This document shows, piece by piece, positions 49,690 to 63,290 of a DNA stretch of 64,000 bases. The notes beneath the pieces were generated by a model. That model was not told where the DNA came from, did no database searches, and was given only the letters and a program-made list of their open reading frames with translations. Every line of letters starts with the position of its first letter. Within the stretch, counting starts at the first letter, position 1. The stretch comes from Marsupella aquatica (lineage: Eukaryota; Plantae; Marchantiophyta): contig OZ316896.1 in the NCBI GenBank assembly GCA_973895155.1, positions 13,062,549-13,126,548 of the forward strand. Reading direction: 5' to 3'. A program made the translations under genes and the position numbers.

Positions 49690-49990
49690 TAAAAATGACA
49701 GATTTTATGAGTACTAAGGAGATTATATTTTTTGAATTTCTTTGAGGCTTTTTAATGAACTTAACATTGATAGACTTACTTGAGTTATGAGGAGATCGGG
49801 GAGGAGATTATATTAAGTTTCCAATGTTCGAATTCTCTAGCTTTCCATTGAGTGTGACATTGGGGGATTTTATCAAGTACTAAAGTGATCATGAGTTTCT
49901 AAATTTCTTTGACTAGCTTTCAATCGATTCCAAATTCCACAATTGGAGATTTGTTTCCATAAAACTTTTTGTCTTAAACAATTATGCGAA
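49690..49990 (-). repeat. Degenerate repeat related (inverted) to the array at 58.25-58.74 kb
   Basis: GAATTTCTTTG..TTTCCAATG/TTTCCATTGA..ACATTG units are reverse complements of CAATGT..CATTGGAAAACTAGAGAAATTC. Confidence 0.45.
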
Positions 49991-50681
49991 GTTAGTGATT
50001 TGATGACACCGATGACTTCTTCGTCTATCTGTGTGTAGGAATTGAAAAGTAATTACTCTCGATGCAACTTGAGTGCATATATCCAGCATATCTATATATG
50101 GTACTGTGGAGGAACCGTTGTGCACCGTTTTGCTGAAGTGGGCAATTAAGCTACCCACACATTAACCAGTAGTTCACATTGCAGCTGGTTTTGTGATTTA
50201 TGTTAATTATGCAACCTTGGTAAGTTTGGCAACTGTTTCAAGTGTCAAACATTGACTTGTCCATTTTTTAATTTATTTTTCTTTAGATTTGAAGGTCCAT
50301 CTAGGCTTCAGTTTCTAGATGGTTGCCTCTAAAATAACATGGGGTCCACGGATAATTAATTTGTCACTGGTTATAGGGCCTATAGACAAATTTTTCTTCA
50401 TAACCCTCCTATGTGATTTTTTTGTTTAGCTTCAATTACCAAGTTTTTCAGTGTCCTGCTCAAGAGCTAGCTAACTTAGATCTAGTGCTTTAGTTCCTTT
50501 GAAATAGTTGGAGACTCCTGCAAAAATCCTCATGGGGTCTCCTCTTTATTGGATCTCCTGCTTTTTTGGATATTAATCATATCTTGGTTACCTCCATGAT
50601 TTGAGTTTTTGATTCATTGGCAGTGTGATATATATATATGTATGACTCAGCCCCTAGACAAAGAGCCATGCAACTGGCTGC

Positions 50682-50993
50682 CTCGGGGGTCTCACTATAT
50701 GGGGACCTCCCCATCACCTGCGACGTTTTTAGGCCTCGGACCCCCTAAAATGTAAGAATTTTAATTTTTTTTTAACCCCTATAAAGTTGGAATATTCTCA
50801 GAATATTCCAAAAAGTAGATTAAAAATACCCTAATGTTTGTATAAGTCTCAAAATTGAATTTAAAAGACCCTATTGTTTTTCTACAAAAACAAGTACAAA
50901 AATTCTTAAGTCTTCCCTTAGAACCAATAAAATAACCCTATCCTTCGTCGCACATGATATGCCATATTTTTTTAAGTGAAACTTACCCCCGAG
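50682..50993. mobile_element. hAT-type MITE, copy 2 (opposite orientation to copy 1)
   Basis: CTCGGGGGTCTCACT...ACCCCCGAG with perfect 8-bp TSD CTGGCTGC (50674-50681, 50994-51001); closely matches the reverse complement of 16014-16310. Confidence 0.92.
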
Positions 50994-51342
50994 CTGGCTG
51001 CAGGTCTCAAGTGGAGGCACTACTCAAACCCTTTGTTCCTATGGATGCTGCCCGGGATGCTCTGTATGCTTGCTAAAGAGTGAATGATCAAGTTAATGCT
51101 ACTCATTGTGAAACTCTTTATCACAAAAAAAACACCTTGGACAGCTGTAAAATTTACTCCATGTCAAAGTGATTGATTCAAGATTCTTAACTAGCTTGTT
51201 CCTAACTTTATGGGATTCAGTGATTAATGTGGTAAGTTGTTTATTCAACGTTTGAGGATTCCTTGAGATTCCTTTGACGTGAACGTATATATATAATTGT
51301 TGATTAGGATTCCAATTTAATGTACAATGTGTACTTGTTTAC

Positions 51343-51660
51343 TCCAAGGTCTCACTGCGTGGAGCCCCTGGCCCATCACTTGTGTGACATTTTGGATGCT
51401 CAAACACCCTAAATTTAATAAGAATTTTTTTCTTTCAATTTTTAATCCTAAAGCTGGGACATTCTTGAAATACTCCAAAAATTGGCTAAAATGCCCTTTT
51501 TTTAATGTCCTTAAGATTGGATTTAAAACTCTACTATTGTTGAATGTCTCAGTCCACAAAAAAATTCAAAGTCTTTGGGTCCTTTAGAACGTGTGAACAA
51601 CCCTATGCTTTTCAACCTGTATGTAAGTACCATGCTTGCAAAATTGAGAACCCTTACCTT
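51343..51660. mobile_element. Diverged relative of the hAT MITE
   Basis: GGTCTCACT..CCCATCAC..CCCTAAATTTAATAAGAATTTT..AAAGCTGGGACATTCT follows the same motif order. Confidence 0.4.
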
Positions 51661-52038
51661 AATAAATAAAAGGAGGCTTTAACAATGAAGGTACCCAACT
51701 GTAAGTCTGGCTTGCACATTTGCAAATTAAACACATACTTTATTGGGTATTATTTATTATTTTTACATATATATGAAGCTTGGAACTATATGACCTAGTT
51801 GCTAAGGGTATTGCTCTTTGTGATTGAGTAATCAATACAGAATATTTGAACTACTTGATCGAATGCAAACAAATGAAAGTACTTCTTAATCCCATTTGTG
51901 CCAACAAGAAGCCAGGATGGACACTCACAGGTAGTGGACGTTGGACACAGGTAGTTGATGTTTGTTGTGATGACCAAGATGGGGGACACACACGATTGAC
52001 AATGACAGTCACAACAATGACCATTGACACGCAAAATG

Positions 52039-52398
52039 TGTTAGGGATCTACTCAAGGTCTAGGGTTATGGCATGTAAATGTAGTTAGGCTAACCGTAGT
52101 CGGAGACGTGGTTAGGTTAACTAGGATGCACATTCCCGTGCACATTATATGCCAAGCGGTGTTTGCTTGGATAAGTGGAACTTAAGCTCATTGTTATAGA
52201 GCCAGTTGAGGGATAGGGATCAAGAGCTTGTGCTGTGGATGCTTGGTATGGCCGTTCGGCCTAGAGTGCAGTAAAGCTCTTGTGTATTCCCGTGGACGTA
52301 GTCTCATGCGGAGGTGAACCACATATCTCTCTGTGTCGACTATTTGATCATTAAATGTGTCACGTGCTTACCATTGTGATTGTCGTCTATGCTCAACA
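52039..52398 (+). mobile_element. Solo LTR (360 bp), Copia-like
   Basis: TGTTAG...CTCAACA with perfect 5-bp TSD AAATG (52034-52038, 52399-52403); CCCGTGGACGTAG..GAACCAC motif typical of plant LTR U5. Confidence 0.88.
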
Positions 52399-54322
52399 AA
52401 ATGGATTGTCGATTGCTCATGAACGGAAGCTAACTAAGGTCCCTGGTTCATACATTATATTGCCAGGTTAGTCTGTAATGCTTTTTCCTTCCTTCCTTCA
52501 GCCCATTGAAGCTCAGTGCCAAGAATGCTTCAGGACTTCCCTAGCTTGGAGATTTGCTACAATAACAGCATGCAAGATCAAGAGGGTTAAGCTTTGGATT
52601 AAGCTTGGCATGCATATAATTAAGAGGACATGCCCTAGTCCCTATCATCTTTTCTTACCAGAATGATTTGATTCAATGTGTAAAGATCCCAGGCTTGATC
52701 GGACTTCATATAATATCTAAATAATGTGTTCAGATCCCAGGCTTTAGCACTGCAATTAAAGCGATCATGTAGGATCCGAGCTGTCCAGTTCAAGAAAGCA
52801 TTTGCCTTGGCTAGCTGCAAGTTGCCCTTGGCCAAAATATTGAGCTTTGAACCTACTCTGTGCTGTTGCTTTGGGGCAAAACATCAAATGCATGAAAGGG
52901 ACATTGAATATCTAACATCTAGACTGATCCCGAGACTGATTCCTTCTGATCAAATTAAACAAGAAGCTAGAACTCCATCACTCGTGTGCAAGTTACATTC
53001 CTCGATCCCGCCATAATAGCACTAAGTGCTTGGTTAACATACTATAAGAACCCTATACGCATACACCTCTTGAATATTGTTTACCATGATCAAGGATTTT
53101 GTGTTTGCTGACCATGATGTTTTGCCAAAGCGCGCAGTGTACCGAAGCTGTTGCAAGAAGGATCAAAAACCAGACTGACTCACAGACTACTGACTGGAAG
53201 TACCAACCAAAAACCTCCTGGTCCTGGTTAGACAGCTCCTAGCTTACAGGTCACCCTTAGAGCAGAAATGCAAAATGTGTTATTCACACAACCCAAGTTC
53301 AGGTTGTGTCCATATATGCAGTGATAGAGATTGTGTTTGTCCATCCAGGCGTCTTAGCAAAGGTCTACCTCTGCCCATTAGGGCTAGCTGTGAGGTACAT
53401 TTGTGCTTCATTTGGCTGCTTTTAATTAATATGTACTCAGATTTCTAGTTAGAAAGATAAAAAACCTAATATTTGTTAAATGTTAGCTTCTATATCTAAA
53501 TAATAAGCTACTTAAAAATCTGGCCAAAGTAATAATAATAGTAATGCTGGGTACACAACTCATGTATAATAGGCAGGGGTCTAAATAATTATATGGACTT
53601 AAAGGCGGGCTTAAAGGTTGGCTATTATAAAAATTAAAACTTGAAAAGTGGGGTTTTTCCGCTTTAAAAATTGTATGAGCCATGATGTCAATAAAAAGTT
53701 TTTCAGCTGCTCTAAGGTTCACTAATGTTGGGGAGAAGTGCACTGTCTGGTGCAGGGCCGGGTGCAGGGCGCTTCTGCCTTGGACTTTCCCACCCCTCAC
53801 TTTTTGGGGCCATCTGAGCTCTGGAGCTATCATTAAGCAAAAGAGGAATCCGGGACCTATTGTGATGATAATGGAGATGTGTAGCAACATATGGAAGGAG
53901 TCAGAGGAATGCGGCCACATACTCTTAGTTCCTTGGCCATCTCCCGGGCTGGGTGACTCTCAGACATACAAAAGTACACCTGAAAGCTATGCTTGATCAC
54001 TAACTGCAAATTTGGAGAAAAACAAAGAGCAGATTTTGACTGCTCTTGAACAACTTAACATTGCCCTTGGACCTTGGGAGAAGACCACAGCCCCATTGCT
54101 CTTAACCGTCTCAATGATGAAGAATGAAGACACCAGTGATTGGGGTCCGCACCGGGTGATGGGGAGGCCTCCATATACTTAGTGAGACCCTCGAGAAGTA
54201 CTCTTGTCTTACATTTCAATCAACTTACTGTTGAGAAGGGTAACTATATTACCAATTGCCCTGGCTGGCTTGAGCAAAATGGAAACTGGCTTGCACTCTT
54301 GGAAAACCTGGGATTCTGTATT

Positions 54323-54540
54323 CTCAGGGTCTCACTATATGGAGGCCTTCCCATCACCTGCAAAGCTTTTAGGCCTTGAACCCCATATATAAATTAAATG
54401 TAAGACAAAAATATTTTTAAAAACCCCTAGTTATGAAGTTAGAATATTTTTGGAAAATTCCAAAATTTGGATTTACAAAGACCTTAATATTCTTATAAGT
54501 CTCAAAATTGGACTTAAAAGAATATTGATGTCTTTTCAAT
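54323..54540. mobile_element. Truncated, diverged hAT MITE copy 3
   Basis: CTCAGGGTCTCACTATATGGAGGCCTTCCCATCACCTGC...TTATAAGTCTCAAAATTG matches 50682 onward; right end missing. Confidence 0.75.
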
Positions 54541-54770
54541 ATAATTAACACTTTCCATGCAATGCAACAAGCTTCAGTCTTGGACAACCTGATTAATGGG
54601 TTGGGTGGTGGGCTCGAGCACATCATTCTATGAAAGAGCGTGAATCCGGCGGAAATTACCCACCCAGATTCCTATTCGCCTAACTAGTCAGTGATATGAC
54701 ACTCATGACTAAATAATTTTATCTTCCTAGAATGAATATGTTTGTAACTAAGCCAGGAAGAAGGGAGCCC

Positions 54771-55297
54771 GGGATATGCTTGATAGACCCCCTCTTGGAG
54801 ATAGTTTGCTTGATCAGCCCCCTGGAAACCCTGCTGTAAATTTTTTTGCCCCAATCAACCCCCTCTTTATGATCCTTATAAGTAAGACATTGTACGGATC
54901 ATGCAAAGACATTGAATCATGTACAATGAGAATAACTCTAACATTGATGTACAGGCGGTGCAAACTTACAATGCCTACAATTCAGTTTGCGGCCCAAGAA
55001 CGGTTGTGGCTTGACAACGCTTGGTCAGTGTGATTTTGACCATGGTTCGTGGTTGAAATGGCTAGTATAGTGACAAGTGATCCAGTTTGGTCTTTGTAAG
55101 GCAGAAACTCACTATATATATAAGAACTTTTAGAAAAACAAACCATCGGGATCATAAAGAGGGGTTGATTGGGGCAAAAATATTTCCAGGGGACTGATCA
55201 GGCAAACTTTCTCCAGGAGTGGGTCTATTAAGCATATCCCTTGGGAAGAAACTTTCTCGAGGAGGGGGTCGATCTATTAAGCATATCCCTTGGGAAG
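54771..55297. mobile_element. Foldback/MITE-like inverted repeat with a duplicated outer right arm
   Basis: 54771-~54875 pairs with ~55149-55240 (GGGATATGCTT...TTTATGATCC / GGATCATAAAGAGGGG...AAGCATATCCC); CTATTAAGCATATCCCTTGGGAAG repeats at ~55274-55297; no clear TSD. Confidence 0.7.
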
Positions 55298-58249
55298 AGG
55301 TAACGATCTCTGTAAAGTGCTTGTTAGAACTCAACTTGACTTCATACTGTAGCGCCCGATCTTGCCACTGGGCAATTGGGTAGGCAACTGGGCAATCTGT
55401 ACGTGGATCCACCATTCCACCGCAAACTATGACAAACTGCAGTAACAGTCTAAAGTGATCTAGCCAAAATAGACACTTATATTCAAATCACTGGATCGAG
55501 AGAAGCAATCAATACATCTCCTGTCAAGAAGCACCGCTGGTGATAATTCCTAAGGGGATTTCACAAATGCTGAGAACACTATTTGTCGGCTTTTTTGCAC
55601 TGCCTTTGTCCTCGCAGGGCACTCGTAGGGCATGGGAGGAGGCACATCATTCTGATGACAACTAAGGTCGCTATTTGTTGTCTCTTTACCATTTGACCTT
55701 GCAGCGCATTAATTATTGGCCGTTGACAGTCGTAACTTACTCGAATTGTCTGCCGCTGACTCCAGATGTGGCCATGATTCGTCTGTGGGTTGCCCTCTCC
55801 ACGTTGTGGTTCTGAGATTTTGGTTGGTTGTATTCTGAAGTATCATGACTCTGTAATGTCTTCCAAGATTTTGACAAAGGTATTAATTGAGGTACGTACG
55901 TATGGACGACTCTGGAAATTGCGTGGTACGTACGTGTCTAGAGTTTCTTACATTTTTGCTTAATTTCGATACTAGCTTGGACTTGATTTGGTTTGGCATT
56001 CCAAGTTTGACCCGGCCCCAAAAAGGTTGTATATCACCTTGCTTGTATACGGTTTAAGCAGTGGATGCAAACTTTGGATGACTCCCAGCTCGAAAGCCAG
56101 GACTCATTGGATTGCCTTCGCATGCACAAGGAAATCTTAATCACCTGGCTGGCTGCGTTGGAAAGTGATGTAGGCACAATGCCGCCAGCTTTATATAGAA
56201 GCACTCACTGGATATTCTCCCGGAATTTCCCGTGACGCTGTTCTCACTCCGCGCAGTCACAGAACACTTACTACCTGAGCACGATTCGGGGCTGATGCTT
56301 TGTGAAGCGTTTCAATATAATAATTTAAGAATTTGGGTCGATCAGAACTTCGTACTGGTAGACTGGTATATTTAATTAGCAATCCTTGGTCAAACCATCT
56401 CGTCCTTCGCAGGTTGATAGATTACGACAGGGTTTCTTGGCTCCTTGGTTCGTCAATAATTCATGTGACAAGCTCTTGGTCAGCTTGATCAAGAAAGAGA
56501 AGACAAGACCTGCGTGGGTCATCCGTAATTCACTGTTTTTTTAATCTTGAAGGACAATATCTTTTCACTCTAAAAAGTCGTACATGCATGGAACAAGCTA
56601 GCATGCTCTATAAATTAGAAACGGTCAAATGATTGTCTGAAAAATGTAGATCCCTTGGATGCCTTGTGCAGCTACTGAGTCCGACAGTCATTCAGGAAGA
56701 GACCGAGAACTCAAATGTGTTATCTGATACATTGAGGTAGGTCGACCTAATTGCATGGTCTGGGTCATTTCATTTTGGGCCTTGGAACCAAACAAATACT
56801 CAGCGCGCGATAAATAAAATTGTGAAAGGTCGGTCCAGGTTCCCAAACTGATGGGCAATGTTCCTAAACTGATGCGCCGCTCATTGAAGCATCTTGCATG
56901 ACGTTCGTCGGTCATGACTGATATAGCGAAGTGAAGATACTGCGGTCACCTGCTACAGACGTAGTCCACGTAGTCCGTAGTTGTAATTTTAGGGGTGGTC
57001 AGTATCTTTGCTTCGATGTTTCCGTCTACTAGCTCATGTTTTAGCAGGACTTTGTCTCTTTTTTTGAATGAGAGAGAGAGACAGCGACAGAGAGCGAGCT
57101 TGACTAAGTTCATTGCCAGCTGCATACATACGTGTACCAAAAGAACCTTAAATAACCAAGATCAATGCGTACCTGCCAGTCATGAGGACCTGACGTTGGT
57201 CTGGCAGGTTCGTTGGTCTGGCAGGTTGGACGTTGGCCTTGGTCTCTATTCTGTCCCTATCAATAAGGCAAAACTCACATACTTCGCCAATGTTTGTTTG
57301 GGGAAGGGGAGGGGGTTCACTCGATCACGGGTCACTTCTATGGAAGTACAAGTGATTCATTAATGACCTGCAACAAAATATTGGGTTTTTTAAAAATCAT
57401 TTCGAAGAAGACAAAGTTAGTGGGAAGAAAGATTTTTAGGTTTAAAATAGCATTTAAAAACATTTGGAAGAAGGCAAAATTAGTGGAATGAAAGATTTTT
57501 AGTTTAAAATAGCAGGTTCATTGTAAGATTGGTGTCATACAATTTTATTTGAAATGATTATTAAAGGGATCATATACAACCCAAAATTTGTCGGTCATGA
57601 TGTATGAACCTCCATTGTAACGCCAATGCAATCTCAATATCAAGTCATATTAACAACAATTCCAAACAATTCCAGATGTCTAACCAGTATACAATTCAAG
57701 GCGAAGCATTCGTTTCCCAAGTGACCTAGCATGTCACGGGGCCTGTCATAGCAAAGGAATCTACGGATTACAAATTCTAAAGCACATAATCATGAACTTC
57801 CAAAAACAATTAACACAAACAAATTTGGACTCCCCTGGGAATTGATTACGGACCCCATTAGGGGTCTCTTGCAAATTCTCTGCCATGAGGTTGTGCCACA
57901 TCACCACAACCAGCCATAAACAGGAATGATCTTACTTTTAACAATAACAAACGTGCACATTCCTGTTTGTGGCAAAAGCAATGTAATTTTTGGGGCGCCA
58001 TGCCGTAAATATCAAACGTAAAAAAATTCAAAATACAAAGGAAGATATGTCATTTAGTAAAATAAAGTTACCATTTTGATGTTTGTCAAAGAGATATATA
58101 TATATATATATAAGTGTTTTATATCAAAATGTTTGTAAAATAATTGTCATTCAGTAAAATAATTGTTTGCAAGTTTGAAAAAACAAATCGATAGAAATGT
58201 ACATAGTTAAAAACACTTTGGTTTCACATTGTCAAACTAAATAATAAAT

Positions 58250-58740
58250 CTTCTTAGTACTTGATAAAATTTGTCAATGTTGATTCATTGGAAAACTCAA
58301 GATCAAGATTTAGAAACTCGTGAACTCTTTAGTATTGTCTTGATAAAATCTCTTAATATCATAGTCATTGGAAAGTTAGAGAAATTAAAAACTCATCATC
58401 TCCTTGGTACTGGACAAAATCTATCAATGTTAGGTTCATTGGAAAACTAGAGAAATTCAAATCGTCATGATCTTTTCTAATTCTTGACGAATAATCTCAA
58501 TGTCACACATTAGAAAACTAGAGAGATTGAAAACCTCATGATGTCTTTAGTACCGTGACAAAATCCGACATGAAATTTGTCAATGTCGGACTCAATGTTG
58601 GAAAGCTAAAAGAATTCATGACTCGTGATCAAAAAAATTATTCTCACTCATTGGAAAGGCAAAGAAATTCAAAAGCTCATTTGTAACTTGACAAAATTTG
58701 CCAATCTGAGGCTCATTGGAAACTCTTTCTCGATTAAGAG
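58250..58740 (+). repeat. Degenerate ~60-bp tandem array
   Basis: Recurrent TTGACAAAATTTGTCAATGT..CATTGGAAAACTAGAGAAATTC..CTCATGA units. Confidence 0.65.
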
Positions 58741-61142
58741 ATATCACAATCTCGTCACCGTCACAAACTTAGTCGTTGCAAATTGATTTTTTTGATTACG
58801 TCGCCATCGCCTGTCCACAATGCTTGCTTCTTGGCTTGAATTGTTCGCATTCCTCTAGTCTTCAACTTAAGCTCATTCTGAACACAGGTTGATGTCAAAT
58901 GCAACCTCTATGTCAAAGAAACAATTGTTTGTTTCTTCCTTGCACCATAGCTTTCTTAACTAAAGAAAATTACAAATCCTTCATGTAAAGTGATGGCTTG
59001 TTCGTTTTGTGTGTTCTTCCCACCGAATCGACAAGCACTCTTTTGCCAACAACTGAGTGTTGTCCTCCAGTTTGTCTTGTGGCGGTAATGCTCAATGTAA
59101 CTCACAAACAATCAATCAGGAATGGTAGAAACGCAATTTCTCTAATGTGTAAGCAAAAACCGTCAAAAAACTCAATTCCTCCACATTCAACTTTGGTTTG
59201 ATAAATCTCTTCTATCTTTTGAGCAATTTCTTTTGTATGAGCACACACCAAGATCATCGGGAGACTCAAAACTGTCGGTTATCGCCTTGTTAAAAATTGA
59301 TTTCACTTCATCACACACACATTCCTTGGATGAACATGGGGGTCCACGGATTCATTTTCACTATAGCCCTCTCTGGACCCCTTCTCTTCCAACTTTCTTT
59401 TAAGAGGGCCGTTTTTAGAAAATCTGTTTGCATATTTCAATCCACAATGGAGATTTCCTCAACAGAAATGGAAATTTTAAACTGACTATATATATATGTA
59501 CGAGGAAAGAGAGAACACACTACATAGAAAGAAAAGCCCCATGCACACAGGGGTTTGTCATGGAGACTTGTTTGGACACATAAAAGGAGAAAAGTATTTA
59601 GAGAAAACTATAAACAATATTATTAATGGGAGTCGTCACCAGTTGAATAGGTGACTATTTGACTTTCGCTGGGTCAATATTTTACTGTGTCTATTAATTG
59701 GATCTTTCCGTTACAGAAATTATGTGGGTACGATAGCTAAGACAGCACAACTTCTCTAAATTTACTCGAAGTCGATCAGCTCTTTGAAATATAATAGACT
59801 ATGGGTATATTTTTGGAAACTCACTGCTTTCAAAATTTACTGTGGTCTTGTAGACCAAAAGACAATGCACGTTAATCAGTTGACTACAGTATTAACTTCA
59901 TCAAATGATTATTCTAATCTTAAATTTAGTATGCAAACAGGCAGGGAGCTTCCTACCCTTCTTTCCCAAAAACAAACAAAAATTTCTCAACTTTCTTAGA
60001 TTGTGATTTGAAATTTAATTAGAACACTAAGGACAGAAGTCGAAGATTAAAACTTGAAGCCCAAATGGACCTTCAACTTTGTCAAAACTCTTTGGTAGCA
60101 GGATCGATGGCTGTAAAACGGTCTTCTCTGCTCAGATGATACATACTACTATACAGTACAGAGAAATGTGACAGAAAACAAGATAGTCATTTTTAAAAAT
60201 GTGTAGGCAGCTCCCTCAATCCTCAATGAAGCTAGGTTAAAGATATTCGACACTTAGTTGAAGAAAGCGCTTTCCAAGCCGATTCTAATTATTTTACACT
60301 CAGCCCAAGAACAGCACATTCCATTGCATATCGAGGCTAGGGACAAATTGAAAATCCTAGTTAATGCGAGAGAATGTACTGATCAAAAACATTGTTCAGA
60401 AATGGGCAGAGTCTGAGTGAGTGATAGTGTAATTAATTCAAAGGTGTCACGTACATACAGCTCGTAAGGAAAGGATTATATAGTTCATGCATGAGCTCTG
60501 TCCATCCGCGCATCAGATTCCGAGTTCAAACTTATTCAGGGACAGTCAAGAAAGAAAAAACAACAACCAATTTACCTTAAAAAACGGCTGATTCAAGAAA
60601 GGGACTAAATCCTAGACTTCAACAAGAATCAATACAATGGATATGAAAATAGTACTTGATTCCAGGCCGTCCCAATGAAACGAGTCTGGAAGAAAACTTT
60701 AGGTGACTGGATTGTTTTCAGTGACAGGGATTCCAGCAAGTATGGTAAGTATAATTTCCCTTACTTAGTTGCCGATCTGCCGACTTAGTCGGAAAGTTAG
60801 CAGTGTCAGGGTCCTGAATTAAAGTAGATCGATCCCCCAAATTAAATCGTTCAGTAATCGATCACAACAAGTAAAAGCAGTGATATTTAGGTTGTACCAT
60901 AGTGCTGGGGACATCACGCAACAATGCAAACCGGGTCCCTTTTCATGGCATTTTGCAATCTAAGCTTTTGAGCCATGTCCCGAGCCATGCATGGCAGGTT
61001 AGGTAACGTTGAAGGGGTGCAGTTGGCTAAGTAGGTCAAAAACTCTCTTCTCGCTCTTTTGGGCCCAGGGTAAAAAACCAGAAATTTGACTTTGCGAGAT
61101 ATTAGCAGGCACTCGGGGGCTGGAATGGGGGTCACTTCCCAA

Positions 61143-61262
61143 AAAATTGACGTCATGTGAGAACAAAGTAAGAGAGGCATTTGATTCTCTTTAGGGAAGT
61201 ACGTACTTACAAGTAACTAAATTGACGTCATGTGAGAACAAAGTAAGAGGTTTTTGATTCAC
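61143..61262. repeat. Direct duplication containing TGACGTCA palindromes
   Basis: AAATTGACGTCATGTGAGAACAAAGTAAGAG occurs twice, ~75 bp apart. Confidence 0.8.
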
Positions 61263-62261
61263 TTTAGCCAAGTACTTAGAAGTAACTAGCAAGTAAGTAA
61301 AGGGGTACTAACCATTCAGAAATGTCACATGTCATCCCATAATTCGTCAGTTGCCACATGTCAATGAATGATAGGTGTATTTTTTGAGTTTCCTGTTCCT
61401 TTGAGAGGAGGTGGTTTAATAAGCTAGGGCTGTTGCATTGGGTATACAACAACTTGTTATACACGTTACTCATGACACCATTTAAATGTGAGTTTACTCA
61501 TGGAAGCAACAGTCTCAGGCTCATAAAGTAAAGTACAGAGAAGACGCAAACCCATGACATATGTAACAGTGTGAGGATACCTATTCAAGCTTGCAAATAG
61601 TGCTGTCAGCTGCAAATGAAGGAAACGACCCTCTTATACCACAAGCTCCACCAAATCCGAGTACATGGCAGATTCCATCGCTTCCAAATTAAGAAGTAGT
61701 ATGGCTGCGCACTCTTCTTCATGAGCTGCAGTTTCTTAATTACACCGGGCACTCTAGTTCTCATACGGGGAGATAGCAAACCGGCTATTAATGGCTCTCA
61801 CGGTCAATGAACTTCCAAGCTAAACTTGCCGATAATAGAAGCTACCAGGCTTCGTAATTCGAACTACCGTCCAGCTTGAGAATAGCATGACTACAATCAC
61901 GATAGGAGCTAACCATGATTACAGACAGAAAGCAGAAAATTCTGACAAAAACAGAAAGGAAGGTTTCTGACTGAGTGAATACACAAGCTGTGCAGAGAAA
62001 CGATGGATCAATTGACTCAGTTTAGGGTTTCACTCGACAAGCAGATTCATACTTAGTACTTTGCCTACATGATTTTCCTGTTAGCATTTTCCCTCCGTTT
62101 CCGGTTGGTCATGGGGGTTGTCATGGGGAGATTTCGCACATGTTTATGCTGAAACTATAGTTGCTGAAACTATAGATTAACGTACAGCTACTGTACCCAG
62201 GCCTTTGGACTCCTTATTTCTACAAATCAGCCCATCAGCCCAAACCTGTACGTAGTAGCCC

Positions 62262-62281
62262 TATATATATATATATATATT
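62262..62281. repeat. (TA)n microsatellite
   Basis: Directly visible; similar tracts at ~58095 and ~50629. Confidence 0.9.
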
Positions 62282-63063
62282 TTGCCTGGAAAAAACCAAT
62301 TGAATTTCATTAAAAAAGCCAACATACAATGGGTGGCCCTATATATTGATCAAATCAATGATACTGATGGCGGCGCTCCCCGTGCAGGCACTGTAGCAGA
62401 ATCTCCGAGATTTTCTCATTTAATCAATAGCCTGCTTTATACAAAAGCTCCGCACACCCCTGAATGCCTGCAATTCTGGGGGCCCAGGATGACTTGCGGA
62501 AGCTAATTCAGACGTTCCCTTCTCGGTTGGCAACCTCGCAATGTCGAACGCTTTTCCAATTGCACAGCAATTATTAGAGACATGAAGGCGATTGTCGGTC
62601 CTGATTTTACCGCGTTTCTCCAGGATGCTTGGCTTGAAGAACGCGGATGGCGGCCATGATCCCCATCCCTAAATCCTTAGCACTCAACGGAGTGCAGGGT
62701 CAATGATGGCCTACTTCGTTACTAAACACGTCTTGCAAAGTTATTGCCAAATTGATTGCTTGTCTGTTGGGGCTCTCACTGTTAAGCCCCAACTGATGAG
62801 ACAAATCATCTGGGATCACGAGTGAAAGTGGATGTATTAAAGGAGGGTCAAACTTCAAAACATCGTGCAGGCTCAGCCAGCTTGTGAGGTTTGGTGTGCA
62901 GATTTGACTCTCACCAAGCCTATGGCAAAAATGTGACCAAAGCTATTGTGCCAGCTGTGTTCACAACAGGCTGAGCTATAGTTAGAAGTTAAATAGAACT
63001 AATATATTGTCATTGCAATTAAGTGATCTATGTAATGGTTGCAGCCATGTTGTTGTAAGTTGT

Positions 63064-63290
63064 TCTTGAGCCCAGTGCCATTGGATTGCACAGAAATATC
63101 AAGGTGAGGTAAAAGAAGTAATTGAGGTGAGGCAAGGAAGAGTTGTCACCTTGCAGTCCACAGAAACATCAAGGCAATTAACGAAGTTCAGGTGAGGTAA
63201 GGAAAAGTTCTCATTCATTGAAGTGCACAGACACATCAACACAAGGTAAAGAAGTTGAGTTGAGGCAACGAAAAGTTGTCATTCCTTCCG
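63064..63290 (-). mobile_element. Degenerate Helitron-family 3' end related to 42498
   Basis: GAGCCCAGTGCCATTGGATTGCACAGAAATAT resembles TAGCTCAATGCCCGTGCGTTGCACGAAAGAT and is followed by AAGGTGAGGTAA-type units. Confidence 0.35.

Noticed and set aside
52400-54320. LINE ORF2 remnants (also 62300-62950)
   Set aside because: Only vague W-rich fragments such as CSNIWKE with many stops; no RT or endonuclease motif I can confirm
55595-55645. miR408-like sequence TGCACTGCCTTTGTCCTCGC
   Set aside because: About four mismatches to miR408 and no well-paired precursor arm
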